A stretch of DNA of 64,000 bases. It comes from Acidobacteriota bacterium (GTDB lineage: Bacteria; Acidobacteriota; Vicinamibacteria; Vicinamibacterales; SCN-69-37). Position 1 is the first letter of the stretch; the number at the start of each line of letters is the position of its first letter. The translations under genes were made by a program, and so were the position numbers. The stretch covers positions 19,217-83,216 of the forward strand of contig JABMNV010000189.1 of the NCBI GenBank assembly GCA_013203475.1, read 5' to 3'. Under the pieces are notes generated by a model, which saw only the letters and a program-made list of their open reading frames with translations, was not told where the DNA came from and did not search any database. This document shows, in pieces, positions 1-9,153 of this stretch.

Positions 1-887
1 TCGAGGAGCTACGCCCGACCGTTGGGGAGTGCCGGATCGTCTACGTCGACGATGGAAGCGTGGACGCGTCGCCGCGTTTGATGCACGCCCAAGCCGAGCG
101 GGACCCTCGCGTGCGCATCGTCACCTTGTCTCGGAATTTCGGTCATCAGGCCGCGATCATGGCCGGCTTGGCGGCGGCAGAAGGGGCGGCCGTCGTCATC
201 ATGGACGGGGATCTTCAGGATCCGCCAGAGGTGATTCCTGATCTGGTCGAGCGCTGGCGTGCTGGAGCCGTGGTGGTGAAAGCCGAGCGACGGAGTCGTC
301 AGGACCGGGGGTGGCGCAGACTCGCGTTCGGCGTCTTTCACCGCGCGTTTTCCTGGATCAGTGACCTGCCGATGAATGGGGACATCGGCGTCTTCAGCCT
401 GCTCGATCGGCGCGCAGTCGACGAAGTGCTGCTCCTCCCCGAAAGGAACCGGTTTCTGCCCGGGCTGCGGACCTGGATCGGTTTCGATCAGCAGACCGTC
501 CTGTATGACCGGCACGCTCGCGCTGGAGGCAATCCGAAGCAGACGCTGACGCGCCTCGTCAGGTATGCCGCCGACGCGGTCTTCAGTTTTTCCTACAAGC
601 CGCTGCGAGTCATGGTGACTCTGGGGATTGTGATCTGCGCCGTCGGTTTTGTGCTGGCGAGCGTGTACATCAGCAAACGGCTCCTGGGTATCGAAACGGC
701 GCAGACCGGATTCACCACGCTGGTGACGGTCGTCCTGTTTCTCGGCGGCATTCAACTCGTCGCCATCGGACTGCTCGGCGAATACCTCGGCCGAATTTAC
801 GACGAGGTCAAGCGTCGGCCCCTCTACCTTGTCAAAGACGCCGCTCGTCGCGAGCCGTCTCGCAGGGACGAGACGCCGGAGCAATGA
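1..887 (+). CDS. Family 2 glycosyltransferase, polyprenyl-phosphate sugar transferase type (ArnC/DPM1-like); 5' end lies outside the window
   Basis: The frame is open from nt 3 (EELRPTVGECRIVYVDDGSVD...), so track ORF 60..887 is only the distal part. Motifs RIVTLSRNFGHQAAIMAGL and IMDGDLQDPPE (DxD), plus C-terminal TM helices. The stop overlaps the next start (ATGA, 884-887). Confidence 0.85.
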   Translation, partial: EELRPTVGECRIVYVDDGSVDASPRLMHAQAERDPRVRIVTLSRNFGHQAAIMAGLAAAEGAAVVIMDGDLQDPPEVIPDLVERWRAGAVVVKAERRSRQDRGWRRLAFGVFHRAFSWISDLPMNGDIGVFSLLDRRAVDEVLLLPERNRFLPGLRTWIGFDQQTVLYDRHARAGGNPKQTLTRLVRYAADAVFSFSYKPLRVMVTLGIVICAVGFVLASVYISKRLLGIETAQTGFTTLVTVVLFLGGIQLVAIGLLGEYLGRIYDEVKRRPLYLVKDAARREPSRRDETPEQ

Positions 888-2806
888 CGCTGGCGATCAG
901 GGTGGGCCGCCGGGCCGAGTGGGCGCTCGTCGCCTGCGCGTTGGTGACCTATGCCGCATTGGCGGTTTCAGGCGTGAAGGACAAGAGCAATACGTTCGAC
1001 GAGATCGCTCATCTCACGGCCGGTTACTCCTATTGGACGTTCGGCGACTATCGGCTGCAGCCGGAGAATGGCAACTGGCCACAGCGGCTTGTCGCCGTGC
1101 CGGCGGTACTGCGAGGTGCCACGTTCGCTTCGCGTGATACCGAAGCCTGGCGCGGGTCTGATATCTGGACCGTGGGCGATGAGTTCTTCTTTGATCGCGG
1201 AAACGACATCGATCGATTGCTTCTCGAAGGGCGAGCTCTTGTCGCGCTGCTGGGAATGGCGCTGGGGGGCCTCGTGTTTGCGTGGGCGCGTCGGCTGACA
1301 GGAGCTGCCGGCGCCTGGTTGGCGCTCCTGCTGTTTGTGGCCTCTCCCACGATGCTCGCGCACGGGGCGCTGACCACATCTGACATGGCCGCGGCGCTGG
1401 GATTCCTGGCTGCCGTTGGTGCGCTGTGGCGGGTGCTGCACCGGGTCACGCCCGCGACAGTCCTGATGAGTGCCGTGGCCATGTCGGCATTGCTGCTTGC
1501 CAAGTACTCTGGCGTGTTGATCGCGCCGATCGGCGTCGCGCTGGTGGGAGTTCGCCTGTTTCTGGCGCGGCCACTGATTTGGAGACGGCGGAAAGGTGAC
1601 CCCTGGCGCATCGAGTACGGAATGTCGAGACAGGCCGCCATCATCGCCGCGGTGGCGGCGGCTCACCTGGCGGTGGTGGTCCTGATGATCTGGGCTTCGT
1701 ACGGGTTTCGCTATTCGGCCTTTTCCGGAGCGTCAGCGGGTCAGCATTTTTATGTGGACTGGCCACGGGTGCTGGGCGGGGGCGATAGCCTGATCGCTCA
1801 GGTGGTGGAATGGGCGAGGTCCTGGCGTGCCCTGCCGGAAGCCTATCTGTACGGTTTGAGTCACACGATCACGTTTGCTCAAACCAGAATGTCGTTTCTC
1901 AATGGCGTGGTCAGCAACACCGGAAGCGTGGCGTTTTTCCCATACGCGTTCGCGACAAAATCGACGCTGCCGTTCCTCCTGTTCTGCGCTGCCGGAATCG
2001 CTGTCTGGATTCGGGGATCCGTGTTGCCGCGACAGCGGTACCAGCTCATGCCTCTGCTTGCCCTCCTGGTGGTCTATGGCGGTGCGGCGCTGACGAGTAA
2101 TCTCAATATTGGCCATCGCCACTTGCTGCCCCTCTACCCGGTCTTGATGATCATGGCCGGGGCGTGTGCATGGTGGGTGGCGCGGTCGTCCATCTTGCAC
2201 GGGCGCCGACGGAGCATCGCCGTGGTCGCCGTGGTGGTGCTGGCCGCGTGGCACGTTGGAGAGAGCGCCGCAGTTCGGCCGCACTACCTGACCTACTTCA
2301 ATCAACTGGCTGGCGGGCCTTCACAGGGGTATCGCCACCTGGTCGAGAGCTCACTTGATTGGGGACAGGACCTTCCAGCGCTGAAGGTGTGGCTGGACGA
2401 GCATCGGCAGAGCCGCGAAGAACCAGTGTTTCTGTCCTACTTCGGCACCTCGCGCCCGTTGCATTTTGGCATCGACGTCAACCTGTTGCCTGGGTTCATT
2501 AACCGACGACGCGGGACTGTGGGTGCCCCGTGGACGGCCGGGCTGTACGTGTTTGGGGCCACCATGTTGACTGGCGTCTATTCGCCGACCCGAGGGGAGT
2601 GGACGCCCGCCATGGAGGCGCAGTACCAGGAAGTTCGCCGGATGCCGGCCCAGGCGCAGGCCGAGCTTGGAGACGTGCTTGAGCAGCTCAGCTTCGGTCG
2701 TCTAAGTGCCTTTCTGCGCCGGCGGGATCCAACCGCCCAGGTCGCCAATTCTCTGCTTGTCTTCCGCCTGAGCGCCGAGGACCTTGCCGAAGCCCTGGAT
2801 CGATAG
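884..2806 (+). CDS. Polytopic membrane glycosyltransferase, GT-C fold (ArnT/PMT-like)
   Basis: 640 aa with more than 10 predicted TM helices and a soluble C-terminal domain. Translationally coupled to the GT2 gene, the classic polyprenyl-P-sugar synthase plus GT-C pairing. Ends in TAG at 2804-2806. Confidence 0.7.
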   Translation: MTLAIRVGRRAEWALVACALVTYAALAVSGVKDKSNTFDEIAHLTAGYSYWTFGDYRLQPENGNWPQRLVAVPAVLRGATFASRDTEAWRGSDIWTVGDEFFFDRGNDIDRLLLEGRALVALLGMALGGLVFAWARRLTGAAGAWLALLLFVASPTMLAHGALTTSDMAAALGFLAAVGALWRVLHRVTPATVLMSAVAMSALLLAKYSGVLIAPIGVALVGVRLFLARPLIWRRRKGDPWRIEYGMSRQAAIIAAVAAAHLAVVVLMIWASYGFRYSAFSGASAGQHFYVDWPRVLGGGDSLIAQVVEWARSWRALPEAYLYGLSHTITFAQTRMSFLNGVVSNTGSVAFFPYAFATKSTLPFLLFCAAGIAVWIRGSVLPRQRYQLMPLLALLVVYGGAALTSNLNIGHRHLLPLYPVLMIMAGACAWWVARSSILHGRRRSIAVVAVVVLAAWHVGESAAVRPHYLTYFNQLAGGPSQGYRHLVESSLDWGQDLPALKVWLDEHRQSREEPVFLSYFGTSRPLHFGIDVNLLPGFINRRRGTVGAPWTAGLYVFGATMLTGVYSPTRGEWTPAMEAQYQEVRRMPAQAQAELGDVLEQLSFGRLSAFLRRRDPTAQVANSLLVFRLSAEDLAEALDR

Positions 2807-3036
2807 GGCCGATACGACCGATCGCCTTATGTTTGACGGGCACTAGCTGTTGGCGCGCCACGGTCTGTGCGCGGTGTCGCGGTGTCGCGGCGTTGGGGCC
2901 GCGGGCGGGGCTGTCGGTGCGGCGACACGGTCACGGCACCCAACGCGACTGGAACACGTGATTGGCACGCTCGAGTGCAGGGGTTCGATCTGCATGCGGG
3001 GACTGCGGTCCCGGTTGGGGCGCGCGAGCGGATTCA

Positions 3037-3121
3037 CCGAAGGGCACTTGACTTGACGTAGTGAAATGCCTCGCCGAGAGGGCGAGGCGCGAGGATACTA
3101 CGCCAAGTCAAGTGCCTTCGG
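3037..3121. repeat. Nested inverted repeat: 18-bp outer stem with one bulge, enclosing a perfect 8-bp hairpin
   Basis: ccgaagggcacttgacttg (3037-3055) pairs with caagtcaagtgccttcgg (3104-3121). The inner pair is gcctcgcc (3068-3075) and ggcgaggc (3081-3088). It sits exactly at the 5' truncation point of the IS91 fragment. Confidence 0.6.
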
Positions 3122-3644
3122 GGCTTTGGAGCGTTTGTGTCGGTATGCCTTGCGTCCGGCGGTGGGGCAGCAGCGCCTGCGTATCAGTCCTGATGGGCAG
3201 GTGGTCCTCAAGTTGCGCCGCCGGTGGGCGAACGGGACGACGCACCTGATGTTTGACCCGGTGGAACTGCTCGAACGCCTGGCGGCGCTGGTGCCACGAC
3301 CCCGGATCAATCTGGTGCTCTACCACGGCGTTCTGGCACCGCGCGCCGCCTGGCGCAGTTCGATTGTTCCGGTGCAGACGGCGGACGACCGCAACGAATC
3401 GGGGACGGCGGGCGAGTGCCGGCACGAGCGGGTCGGGCGCCGACCCAACTGGGACTGGGCGGAACTGATGGAGCGCAGCTTTGGGTTCGATGTGCTGGCG
3501 TGTCCGCAGTGCTCGGGGCGGATGACGCTGGTGGCCCTGATCCGGGACCCCGCGGTCGTCGCGCGGATCCTGCGGCATCTGCATTTACCAGACGCGGCGC
3601 CGGTGATGCGTCCTGCGCGCGAGCCGCCGTTGCCCTTGGATTGA
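3066..3644 (+). pseudogene. IS91-family (rolling-circle, Y2) transposase, C-terminal fragment only
   Basis: LERLCRYALRPAVGQQRLRISPDGQVVLKLRRRWANGTTHLMFDPVELLERLAALVPRPRINLVLYHGVLAPRAAWR and CPQCSGRM match the conserved C-terminal third of IS91/IS801 transposases. The N-terminal two thirds are absent. Confidence 0.8.
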
Positions 3645-4004
3645 TCCCGTGTGGGCGAGCAGCGGCTGACGCGAGTCCAGGACAGACACGCTGACGGCCA
3701 ATCCGGTGCCTTCGGGGTGCTGATTGGCCGGAGGTGTGTACGTGGCCTCTCCGGGGCCGAGTCGCAGCCGAGTCGCCTTGCCCGATTGCGCTTGAATTGG
3801 CCGATGGACTATCCTGCCCGTGGATTTTTGGTGCGTGATCCGCGCTTGACTAATGTGCCCCAAGGTCTGATGCAAGGTCTGATAGCGGACGGTATGTCTT
3901 GGAGCAGCCACTTTATATGGCCTATCGGCTCAGCTTCACAAGACCACTGTTGCCGGCGATATTGCGCGGACGGCCATTGAACGGTCCCGGATCTCGGGCG
4001 AATG

Positions 4005-4277
4005 TCACGTGACCCAACCTTCCTGTTCAGGCCTCGGCTCAGTTCCAGTTTCGAAGGCCGCCATAGCCAGCCGACCGCCGGAGAGTTCGGGGACGCTCTT
4101 GGCGAACACCCGCCTGATGGCCGCGACGATCTCTGTCGGGATGGGTTCACCTGTATCCTCGATGACGGTCCTGAGATAGAAGCTGGGCGCGACGGTCCAA
4201 GTGTTGGTCGGCTGCGGAAAGCCGGCTGGAGCTCGAAGTGCGGCGCGGGCGAACTCACGATAGCAGTTGATCGTCAT
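4005..4277 (-). CDS. Hypothetical protein (90 aa), possibly part of a frameshifted gene with ORF 4255..4467
   Basis: ORF only, with no motif I recognise. Divergent from the ATPase gene. Confidence 0.25.
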   Translation of the reverse strand: MTINCYREFARAALRAPAGFPQPTNTWTVAPSFYLRTVIEDTGEPIPTEIVAAIRRVFAKSVPELSGGRLAMAAFETGTEPRPEQEGWVT

Positions 4278-4506
4278 GCGAGGTCGTGATGTTCATCGTG
4301 AAGGAATGCACCAAGGAGTCATCCGGCACGGCGTCAGGGATGAATGACCGTGACGGAAAACGCGACCGGTCGGAAACCCTGCCGGACAGGTGCGGCGACC
4401 GTGAAGAGTCGTGATGGAAGGCTGACGAAGCAGTGAAAAGACCGACTCCGGATCCTGATGACGTCAATCGACACCATGAATATCAGACGCTGAATATTCT
4501 ATTTTC

Positions 4507-5700
4507 ATGGTATTGTCGACCATGCTTCTCCGGTCCAAATGGCAGGCGGAGATTCGTGCCGCGCTCAAACGAAGCCGCGTGGTGGCGTTGGTCGGGCCCC
4601 GGCAGTCGGGCAAGACATCGCTCGCCCGAGAGGTCGTAAGCCCGGGCTCACCCAGGTATTTCGACCTTGAGGATCCGGCCAGTCTTGCCCAACTGGACGA
4701 ACCCATGACCGCGCTCGCCCCGTTGCGAGGCATCGTCGTGATCGATGAAATTCAACGACGACCCGATCTGTTCCCGGTGTTGCGCGTGCTGGCTGACCGC
4801 CGTCCCCTTCCCGCGAAGTTCCTCATCCTGGGTAGCGCCAGTCCCGACTTACTCCGCCAGTCGTCGGAGAGTCTGGCGGGACGCATTGAAACCATCACAC
4901 TTGATGGGCTGGGTCTCGACGAGATTGGGCCTGGCACGGCGACCGTACGGCGACGCTGGCGTCGCGGCGGCTTTCCCTTGTCCTATCTCGCCCGATCCGA
5001 AACGGCCAGCGCGGTCTGGCGGCAGCAGTTCATCAGAACGTATCTGGAACGCGACCTGCCACAGCTGGGGATCACGATTTCCGCCACGACACTGACTCGC
5101 TTCTGGACCATGTTGGCGCACTATCACGGTGGGGTGTGGAACGCGGCCGAAGCCGCTCGATCGCTGGGGACATCTGAGCCAACCGCTCGACGGTACCTCG
5201 ACCTGTTGTCCGGGCTCTACCTGATTCGACAACTGCAACCCTGGCACGAGAACTTGAAGAAGCGGCAAGTCAAGTCGCCGAAGGTGTACGTCCGTGACAG
5301 CGGCCTGCTCCATACGTTGCTGGGGCTGGCCGACGAGCCTGCCCTGCAGAGCCATCTCAAGGTGGGCGCGTCCTGGGAGGGGTTTGCGATCGAGGAAGTG
5401 CTTCGAGTCGTGCGACCAGATGCCGCCCATTTTTGGGCGACACATACCGGCGCCGAATTGGATCTGCTGCTGCTGGTTCAGGGGCGTCGCTACGGTGTCG
5501 AGGTCAAGTTTCAAGACGCGCCCACGCTGACTCCGTCGATGCGGATCGCGCTCGACGACCTGCACCTCGAGCGGATCACGGTGCTGTACCCGGGCGATCG
5601 ACAGTACGACCTGCACCGTCAAGTGACGGTGGTACCCATGGCCACACTCGCCGAGCGCGGCAGGCTCGCCGTGCTCCGCCCCCGTCCCGCGTCGCGATAA
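4507..5700 (+). CDS. AAA+ ATPase with DUF4143 C-terminal domain (COG1373 family)
   Basis: Walker A VALVGPRQSGKTSLAREV and Walker B-like GIVVIDEIQRRPDLF, with family-typical length and C-terminal region. An AT-rich upstream region (4440-4506) contains the direct repeat tgaatat twice. Confidence 0.85.
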   Translation: MVLSTMLLRSKWQAEIRAALKRSRVVALVGPRQSGKTSLAREVVSPGSPRYFDLEDPASLAQLDEPMTALAPLRGIVVIDEIQRRPDLFPVLRVLADRRPLPAKFLILGSASPDLLRQSSESLAGRIETITLDGLGLDEIGPGTATVRRRWRRGGFPLSYLARSETASAVWRQQFIRTYLERDLPQLGITISATTLTRFWTMLAHYHGGVWNAAEAARSLGTSEPTARRYLDLLSGLYLIRQLQPWHENLKKRQVKSPKVYVRDSGLLHTLLGLADEPALQSHLKVGASWEGFAIEEVLRVVRPDAAHFWATHTGAELDLLLLVQGRRYGVEVKFQDAPTLTPSMRIALDDLHLERITVLYPGDRQYDLHRQVTVVPMATLAERGRLAVLRPRPASR

Positions 5701-5755
5701 CGAGTCGGACAGCCGGTCCCATCGTCGAACACCGCCATGGTGCTGCCCATCAGTG

Positions 5756-5876
5756 CCGGCAGACCGAGCGGCCTGAGGAACTCCTCACGCAGCATCTCGC
5801 CGGGGTGAATCATCGGCCCAATCACGCCGGGATCGCGCAGCAAGGGCCGCAGTGATGGGCGATCAGCGATCGTCAT
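5756..5876 (-). pseudogene. HigA-like antitoxin, N-terminal fragment
   Basis: MTIADRPSLRPLLRDPGVIGPMIHPGEMLREEFLRPLGL parallels the intact HigA (PTHPGEMLLEEFLKPLGV). The HTH and C-terminus are missing. It ends ~56 nt from the ATPase stop. Confidence 0.5.
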
Positions 5877-6058
5877 GGCGCCTCGGGCGGTGAGTTCTTC
5901 CTTGAGCTGACGCCCGTTCGTCGTCTCGATAAAGGCCAGGTGCTCATTGACCGTGATCTTTGAATTGGCTTGGTCGGGATACAGCAGCACCTTCAACCCG
6001 ACGGGACCGGAGCGCTCGTCGCGACACTGCAAGAAGACTTAGCACGTCACCTGTTATA

Positions 6059-6361
6059 ATGGGCTCCGTGATACGGTCGTTTGCCAACGCGGCCACCGAG
6101 GACCTTTTCAACGGCGTCGACAGTCGCCGCGCGCGGGCTGCATGCCCTTCGGCGCTGTGGCCGGTCGTGCGACGGAAGTTGACCCAGCTCAACCGGGTCA
6201 GAGACCTTCGGGAACTGTCGGTGCCTCCAGGCAATCGGCTGGAAGCCCTGCGCGGGGACCGGGCAGGACAACACAGCATCCGGGTCAATCAGCAATATCG
6301 CGTGTGTTTTCAATGGGAGGACGGCAATGCGGACGCAGTCGAAGTCACGGACTACCACTAA
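6059..6361 (+). CDS. higB: HigB toxin (RelE/ParE superfamily, plasmid-maintenance killer type)
   Basis: ATG at 6059 (MGSVIRSFANAATEDLFNG...). C-terminus GNRLEALRGDRAGQHSIRVNQQYRVCFQWEDGNADAVEVTDYH is the canonical HigB ending. Confidence 0.85.
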   Translation: MGSVIRSFANAATEDLFNGVDSRRARAACPSALWPVVRRKLTQLNRVRDLRELSVPPGNRLEALRGDRAGQHSIRVNQQYRVCFQWEDGNADAVEVTDYH

Positions 6362-6701
6362 GGCCAAAACGGCAGCGCCGCCGCTGGTGAGCCGACGATT
6401 GCCGACAGAGGTGCCGCCGACGCATCCGGGAGAGATGCTGCTTGAGGAGTTTCTCAAGCCCCTCGGCGTGACACAGTCGGCGTGTGCGGTGCAGCTTGGC
6501 GTATCGTTCCCGCGACTGAACGAGATCGTACGAGGGAAGCGGAGCGTCACGGCTGACACTGCCCTGCGGCTGGCTCAAGTCACAGGAATGAGTGCAGACT
6601 TCTGGCTCGGCCTGCAACTGGACTGGGACCTCTGGCACGCGCTGCGTTCGGACAGCGCGGCACGTATTGGTGTGCTCGAGCCACTACGTCGCACCGGATG
6701 A
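6327..6701 (+). CDS. higA: HigA antitoxin (XRE-type HTH)
   Basis: THPGEMLLEEFLKPLGVTQSACAVQLGVSFPRLNEIVRGKRSVTADTALRLAQVTGMSADFWLGLQLDWDLW. Overlaps the higB 3' end. Confidence 0.85.
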   Translation: MRTQSKSRTTTKAKTAAPPLVSRRLPTEVPPTHPGEMLLEEFLKPLGVTQSACAVQLGVSFPRLNEIVRGKRSVTADTALRLAQVTGMSADFWLGLQLDWDLWHALRSDSAARIGVLEPLRRTG

Positions 6702-6798
6702 TCGGCCATTTTCCATCACCGCCCCCATCAGACCGTGCCACTCTCGAATCAGCGAGGCATCCATTCCCGCTTCGAGGGAGACTTGATCCTCCAGGTCG

Positions 6799-6894
6799 AC
6801 CGGGATACCCGCGCGCTTCTGGCTGCACCTGCAGGCGGACTACGACCTCCAGATCGCGCGCGACGCCACGTCGGCGCACCGGCGTCCTCGATAG
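6799..6894 (+). pseudogene. HigA C-terminal remnant
   Basis: Frame reads TGIPARFWLHLQADYDLQIARDATSAHRRPR*, matching the FWLxLQxxYDL antitoxin C-terminus. No N-terminal part is present. Confidence 0.5.
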
Positions 6895-6992
6895 GTCGTA
6901 GGCATCGTGTCCTTCCCATCGGAACGTGATTCGGTATTGATCATTCACCTCGATCGCATGTCGACCGACCTGGTCACCTTTGAGCGCGTGGA
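6895..6992 (-). pseudogene. HigB C-terminal remnant
   Basis: The minus frame directly after the M28 stop reads LKGDQVGRHAIEVNDQYRITFRWEGHDAYDL (compare intact LRGDRAGQHSIRVNQQYRVCFQWEDGNADAV). It abuts the HigA remnant head to head. Confidence 0.55.
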
Positions 6993-8597
6993 CTAGCGCG
7001 TTGGCTTGCGCGGCACGCGCGTCTCGCTCATCGCGGCGTGGTACGCGAACGACGCCATGATGACCGCGTTCTTCATCAGGTCGTCTGGCGGCAGCGTTTC
7101 AATGAAATCGAGATTGGTGTGGCCGCCCGTGCCACCCACGCGATCCTGCAGAAACTGAAAGCCCGGCAGCCCGACGCGATCAAAAGAAATGTGGTCTGTG
7201 CTGCCCACGCCACGCACTGAGACGGCAGTCATACCCAAATCATGGAACGGTGATGTCCAGGCGGTCATCATCTGACGTGCACGCTCGTTGCCTTGCAGGT
7301 AGATGCCGCGGTACTGGCCGGGGCCGTAGTCCTGATTGAAGTACGCCGACAGCTTTTCATATTGCGGCGTGACGCCCGCGGCCGAGGCCGGGTCGCCGAA
7401 GTGCTTCAGCACGTACTCGCGAGAGCCGTTGAGTCCCTGCTCTTCACCGGCCCACAGCGCTGCCCGGATCGTGCGGCGTGGCGTGGCGCCGACTGCCTTG
7501 AGGATACGCATCGCTTCAAGCACAACGGCGACGCCTGACGTGTTGTCGCTGGCGTTCGGACTGGCGTGCCACGTATCGAGGTGCGCGCCGATCATGACGA
7601 CTTCGTCCTTCAGGTCGGTGCCGACAATTTCTCCGGTGATGTTGCTGGCCTGCTCCACCTGTTCGCCCACCCGGTTGCGGATTTCGATCTCGATCGTGAC
7701 CGGAACCTCCCGCTGCCGCAGGCGGTACATCCGGTTGTAGTGCTCAGGTGTGATGGCCACGATTGGTGGAGAGGCGAGTGTCTCAGCGCGAGCCCAGCCG
7801 TCGGCCCCAGCGCCCGGTCGAGCGAAGCCGCGAACCGCGCCAGGCCATCCGCTTGCCGATTGCAGAACAGCGACCACGCCCTCTGCCTTGTAGAACGCCA
7901 TCTGTTCAGCCGCTCGTACCACATCCGGATTCGGGCGGGCCGGTGTGGCTGCCGTCGGAGCCTGCGCTCCTGGTGCCTGCAGCACCGGAGGCATCTCACG
8001 TTCGAGTTCTTTCAACTGATCGTCCGTGTATCGTGCGACCCCCGTGCTGAACCGGTTGCGATCGACGACGGCCGGTGGGGTGGAGAGCACGGAGACACCG
8101 CGGAGGGTGCCCGTGAGTCGAGCCAGATCGGCCCGTGTCCGAATCTCGGCGTTCACCACGCGGCTGGTCTGTTTGCCGTTGGTGCTGGGCGTGTGTGACA
8201 GCGGGTATCCGACCATCGGTTGGTAGTCGGGTTCCATCAAATGCAGCGAGACGTATTCGTTGTCCCACCGGACGCCATAGTCCATGAACGGTTCGATCTC
8301 GACATTATCGAGTCCCGTTTCCCTCATATGCGCCGCCACCCATTGCTGGGCCCGGGCCATGTCATCCGAGAGCGTCAGCCTCGCACCGAGCACGTCTGTG
8401 ATGTACGACACCACATCCATCAATTGCGAGCGCTGCAAACCCTCTTCGCGGATGCGTGCCACCATCGGCCAGTCGACCTTCGGTGCTGTGTCCTGGGCGA
8501 TGACGATGGGAGGCAGGGTGCCTGTGAGGAGGAGGGCGGTGACCAGCCCGGTGATGGAGAGGCGCGGAGCGCGACCGGCAAAACGGATGCGAGACAT
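6993..8597 (-). CDS. Secreted M28-family metallo-aminopeptidase
   Basis: N-terminal signal peptide (LSITGLVTALLLTGTLPPIVIAQ). The M28 core GAHLDTWHASPNASDNTSGVAVVLEAMRIL and WAGEEQGLNGS is present. Confidence 0.85.
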   Translation of the reverse strand: MSRIRFAGRAPRLSITGLVTALLLTGTLPPIVIAQDTAPKVDWPMVARIREEGLQRSQLMDVVSYITDVLGARLTLSDDMARAQQWVAAHMRETGLDNVEIEPFMDYGVRWDNEYVSLHLMEPDYQPMVGYPLSHTPSTNGKQTSRVVNAEIRTRADLARLTGTLRGVSVLSTPPAVVDRNRFSTGVARYTDDQLKELEREMPPVLQAPGAQAPTAATPARPNPDVVRAAEQMAFYKAEGVVAVLQSASGWPGAVRGFARPGAGADGWARAETLASPPIVAITPEHYNRMYRLRQREVPVTIEIEIRNRVGEQVEQASNITGEIVGTDLKDEVVMIGAHLDTWHASPNASDNTSGVAVVLEAMRILKAVGATPRRTIRAALWAGEEQGLNGSREYVLKHFGDPASAAGVTPQYEKLSAYFNQDYGPGQYRGIYLQGNERARQMMTAWTSPFHDLGMTAVSVRGVGSTDHISFDRVGLPGFQFLQDRVGGTGGHTNLDFIETLPPDDLMKNAVIMASFAYHAAMSETRVPRKPTR

Positions 8598-8719
8598 GGG
8601 TGCATTCTACGGTACCGAGCGCCGCCATGATCGCGCCGTCGCCGTCGCGGCGCTCACAGTCGAGCGAGGTCAGCACGCACCACCAATCTGAAAGCGATCC
8701 AGCAGACACCCTTACGATC

Positions 8720-8805
8720 ATGTCGCACACACTCCACGTCGTGGATGCGTTTACCGAGACGCCGCTCAAAGGAAATCCAGCCGCTGTCTCTCTAACCAAG
8801 CGTCC
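8720..8805 (+). pseudogene. PhzF-family isomerase, N-terminal stub truncated by an IS3 fragment
   Basis: MSHTLHVVDAFTETPLKGNPAAVSL is a typical PhzF start. The frame then runs directly into transposase sequence. Confidence 0.55.
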
Positions 8806-9130
8806 GGAAGACGTGGTGATGGACCTATTCTCGCGCAAGGTGGTGGGCTGGGCCGTCGCGCCAACAATCCGGCGGGAGCTGGTGCTCGATGCCGTGCTGA
8901 AGGCCCGTCAAGCGAGGAACCCGCGCGGCACCCTCATCCACTCGGACCAAGGCTCACAGTTTGGCAGTGACGCCTGGCGGAGGTTCTACCGCACCAATGG
9001 CCTAGAGCCGAGCATGAGTCGCCCGATATTTGGCCACCGATGACATCGCGGGCTACATTGCGTTCTACAATGGCACCAGACGTCACAGCCACCTCAGTGG
9101 GCTGAGTCCAGAGCGGTATGAGGCGCAGGA
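8806..9130 (+). mobile_element. IS3-family transposase (OrfB, DDE core) fragment with an internal frameshift or deletion
   Basis: MDLFSRKVVGWAV...LIHSDQGSQFGSDAWRRFYRTNGLEPSMSR is followed, in another frame, by IAGYIAFYNGTRRHSHLSGLSPERYE. The N-terminal HTH, OrfA and terminal IRs are absent. Confidence 0.75.
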
Positions 9131-9153
9131 GCCGCACCCGGAAGGAGCCAAAT

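Noticed and set aside
2970-3000. ggggttcgatc, a tRNA T-arm-like motif
   Set aside because: The flanking bases cannot form the T stem (AGGGG versus TGCAT), and there is no acceptor or anticodon arm. I saw no tRNA anywhere in the window.
4255-4467. 70-aa minus-strand ORF upstream of the 90-aa hypothetical
   Set aside because: No motifs, Ser/Arg-rich composition, and it overlaps the AT-rich promoter region of the ATPase gene. It may be part of a frameshifted gene but is not supportable.
5877-6032. N-terminal ~50 codons of ORF 5619..6032 (..VGLKVLLYPDQANSKITVNEHLAFIETTNGRQLKEELTARGA) as a possible toxin partner of the HigA stub
   Set aside because: No convincing similarity to HigB/RelE or any family I know. 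It is continuous with the stub only because no stop intervenes. I left it unannotated.
9118-9153. Longer start (ATG 9118) for the exported hypothetical protein
   Set aside because: ATG 9154 has a strong GGAAGGAG Shine-Dalgarno and yields a proper signal peptide. The 9118 extension lies inside the IS3 fragment.
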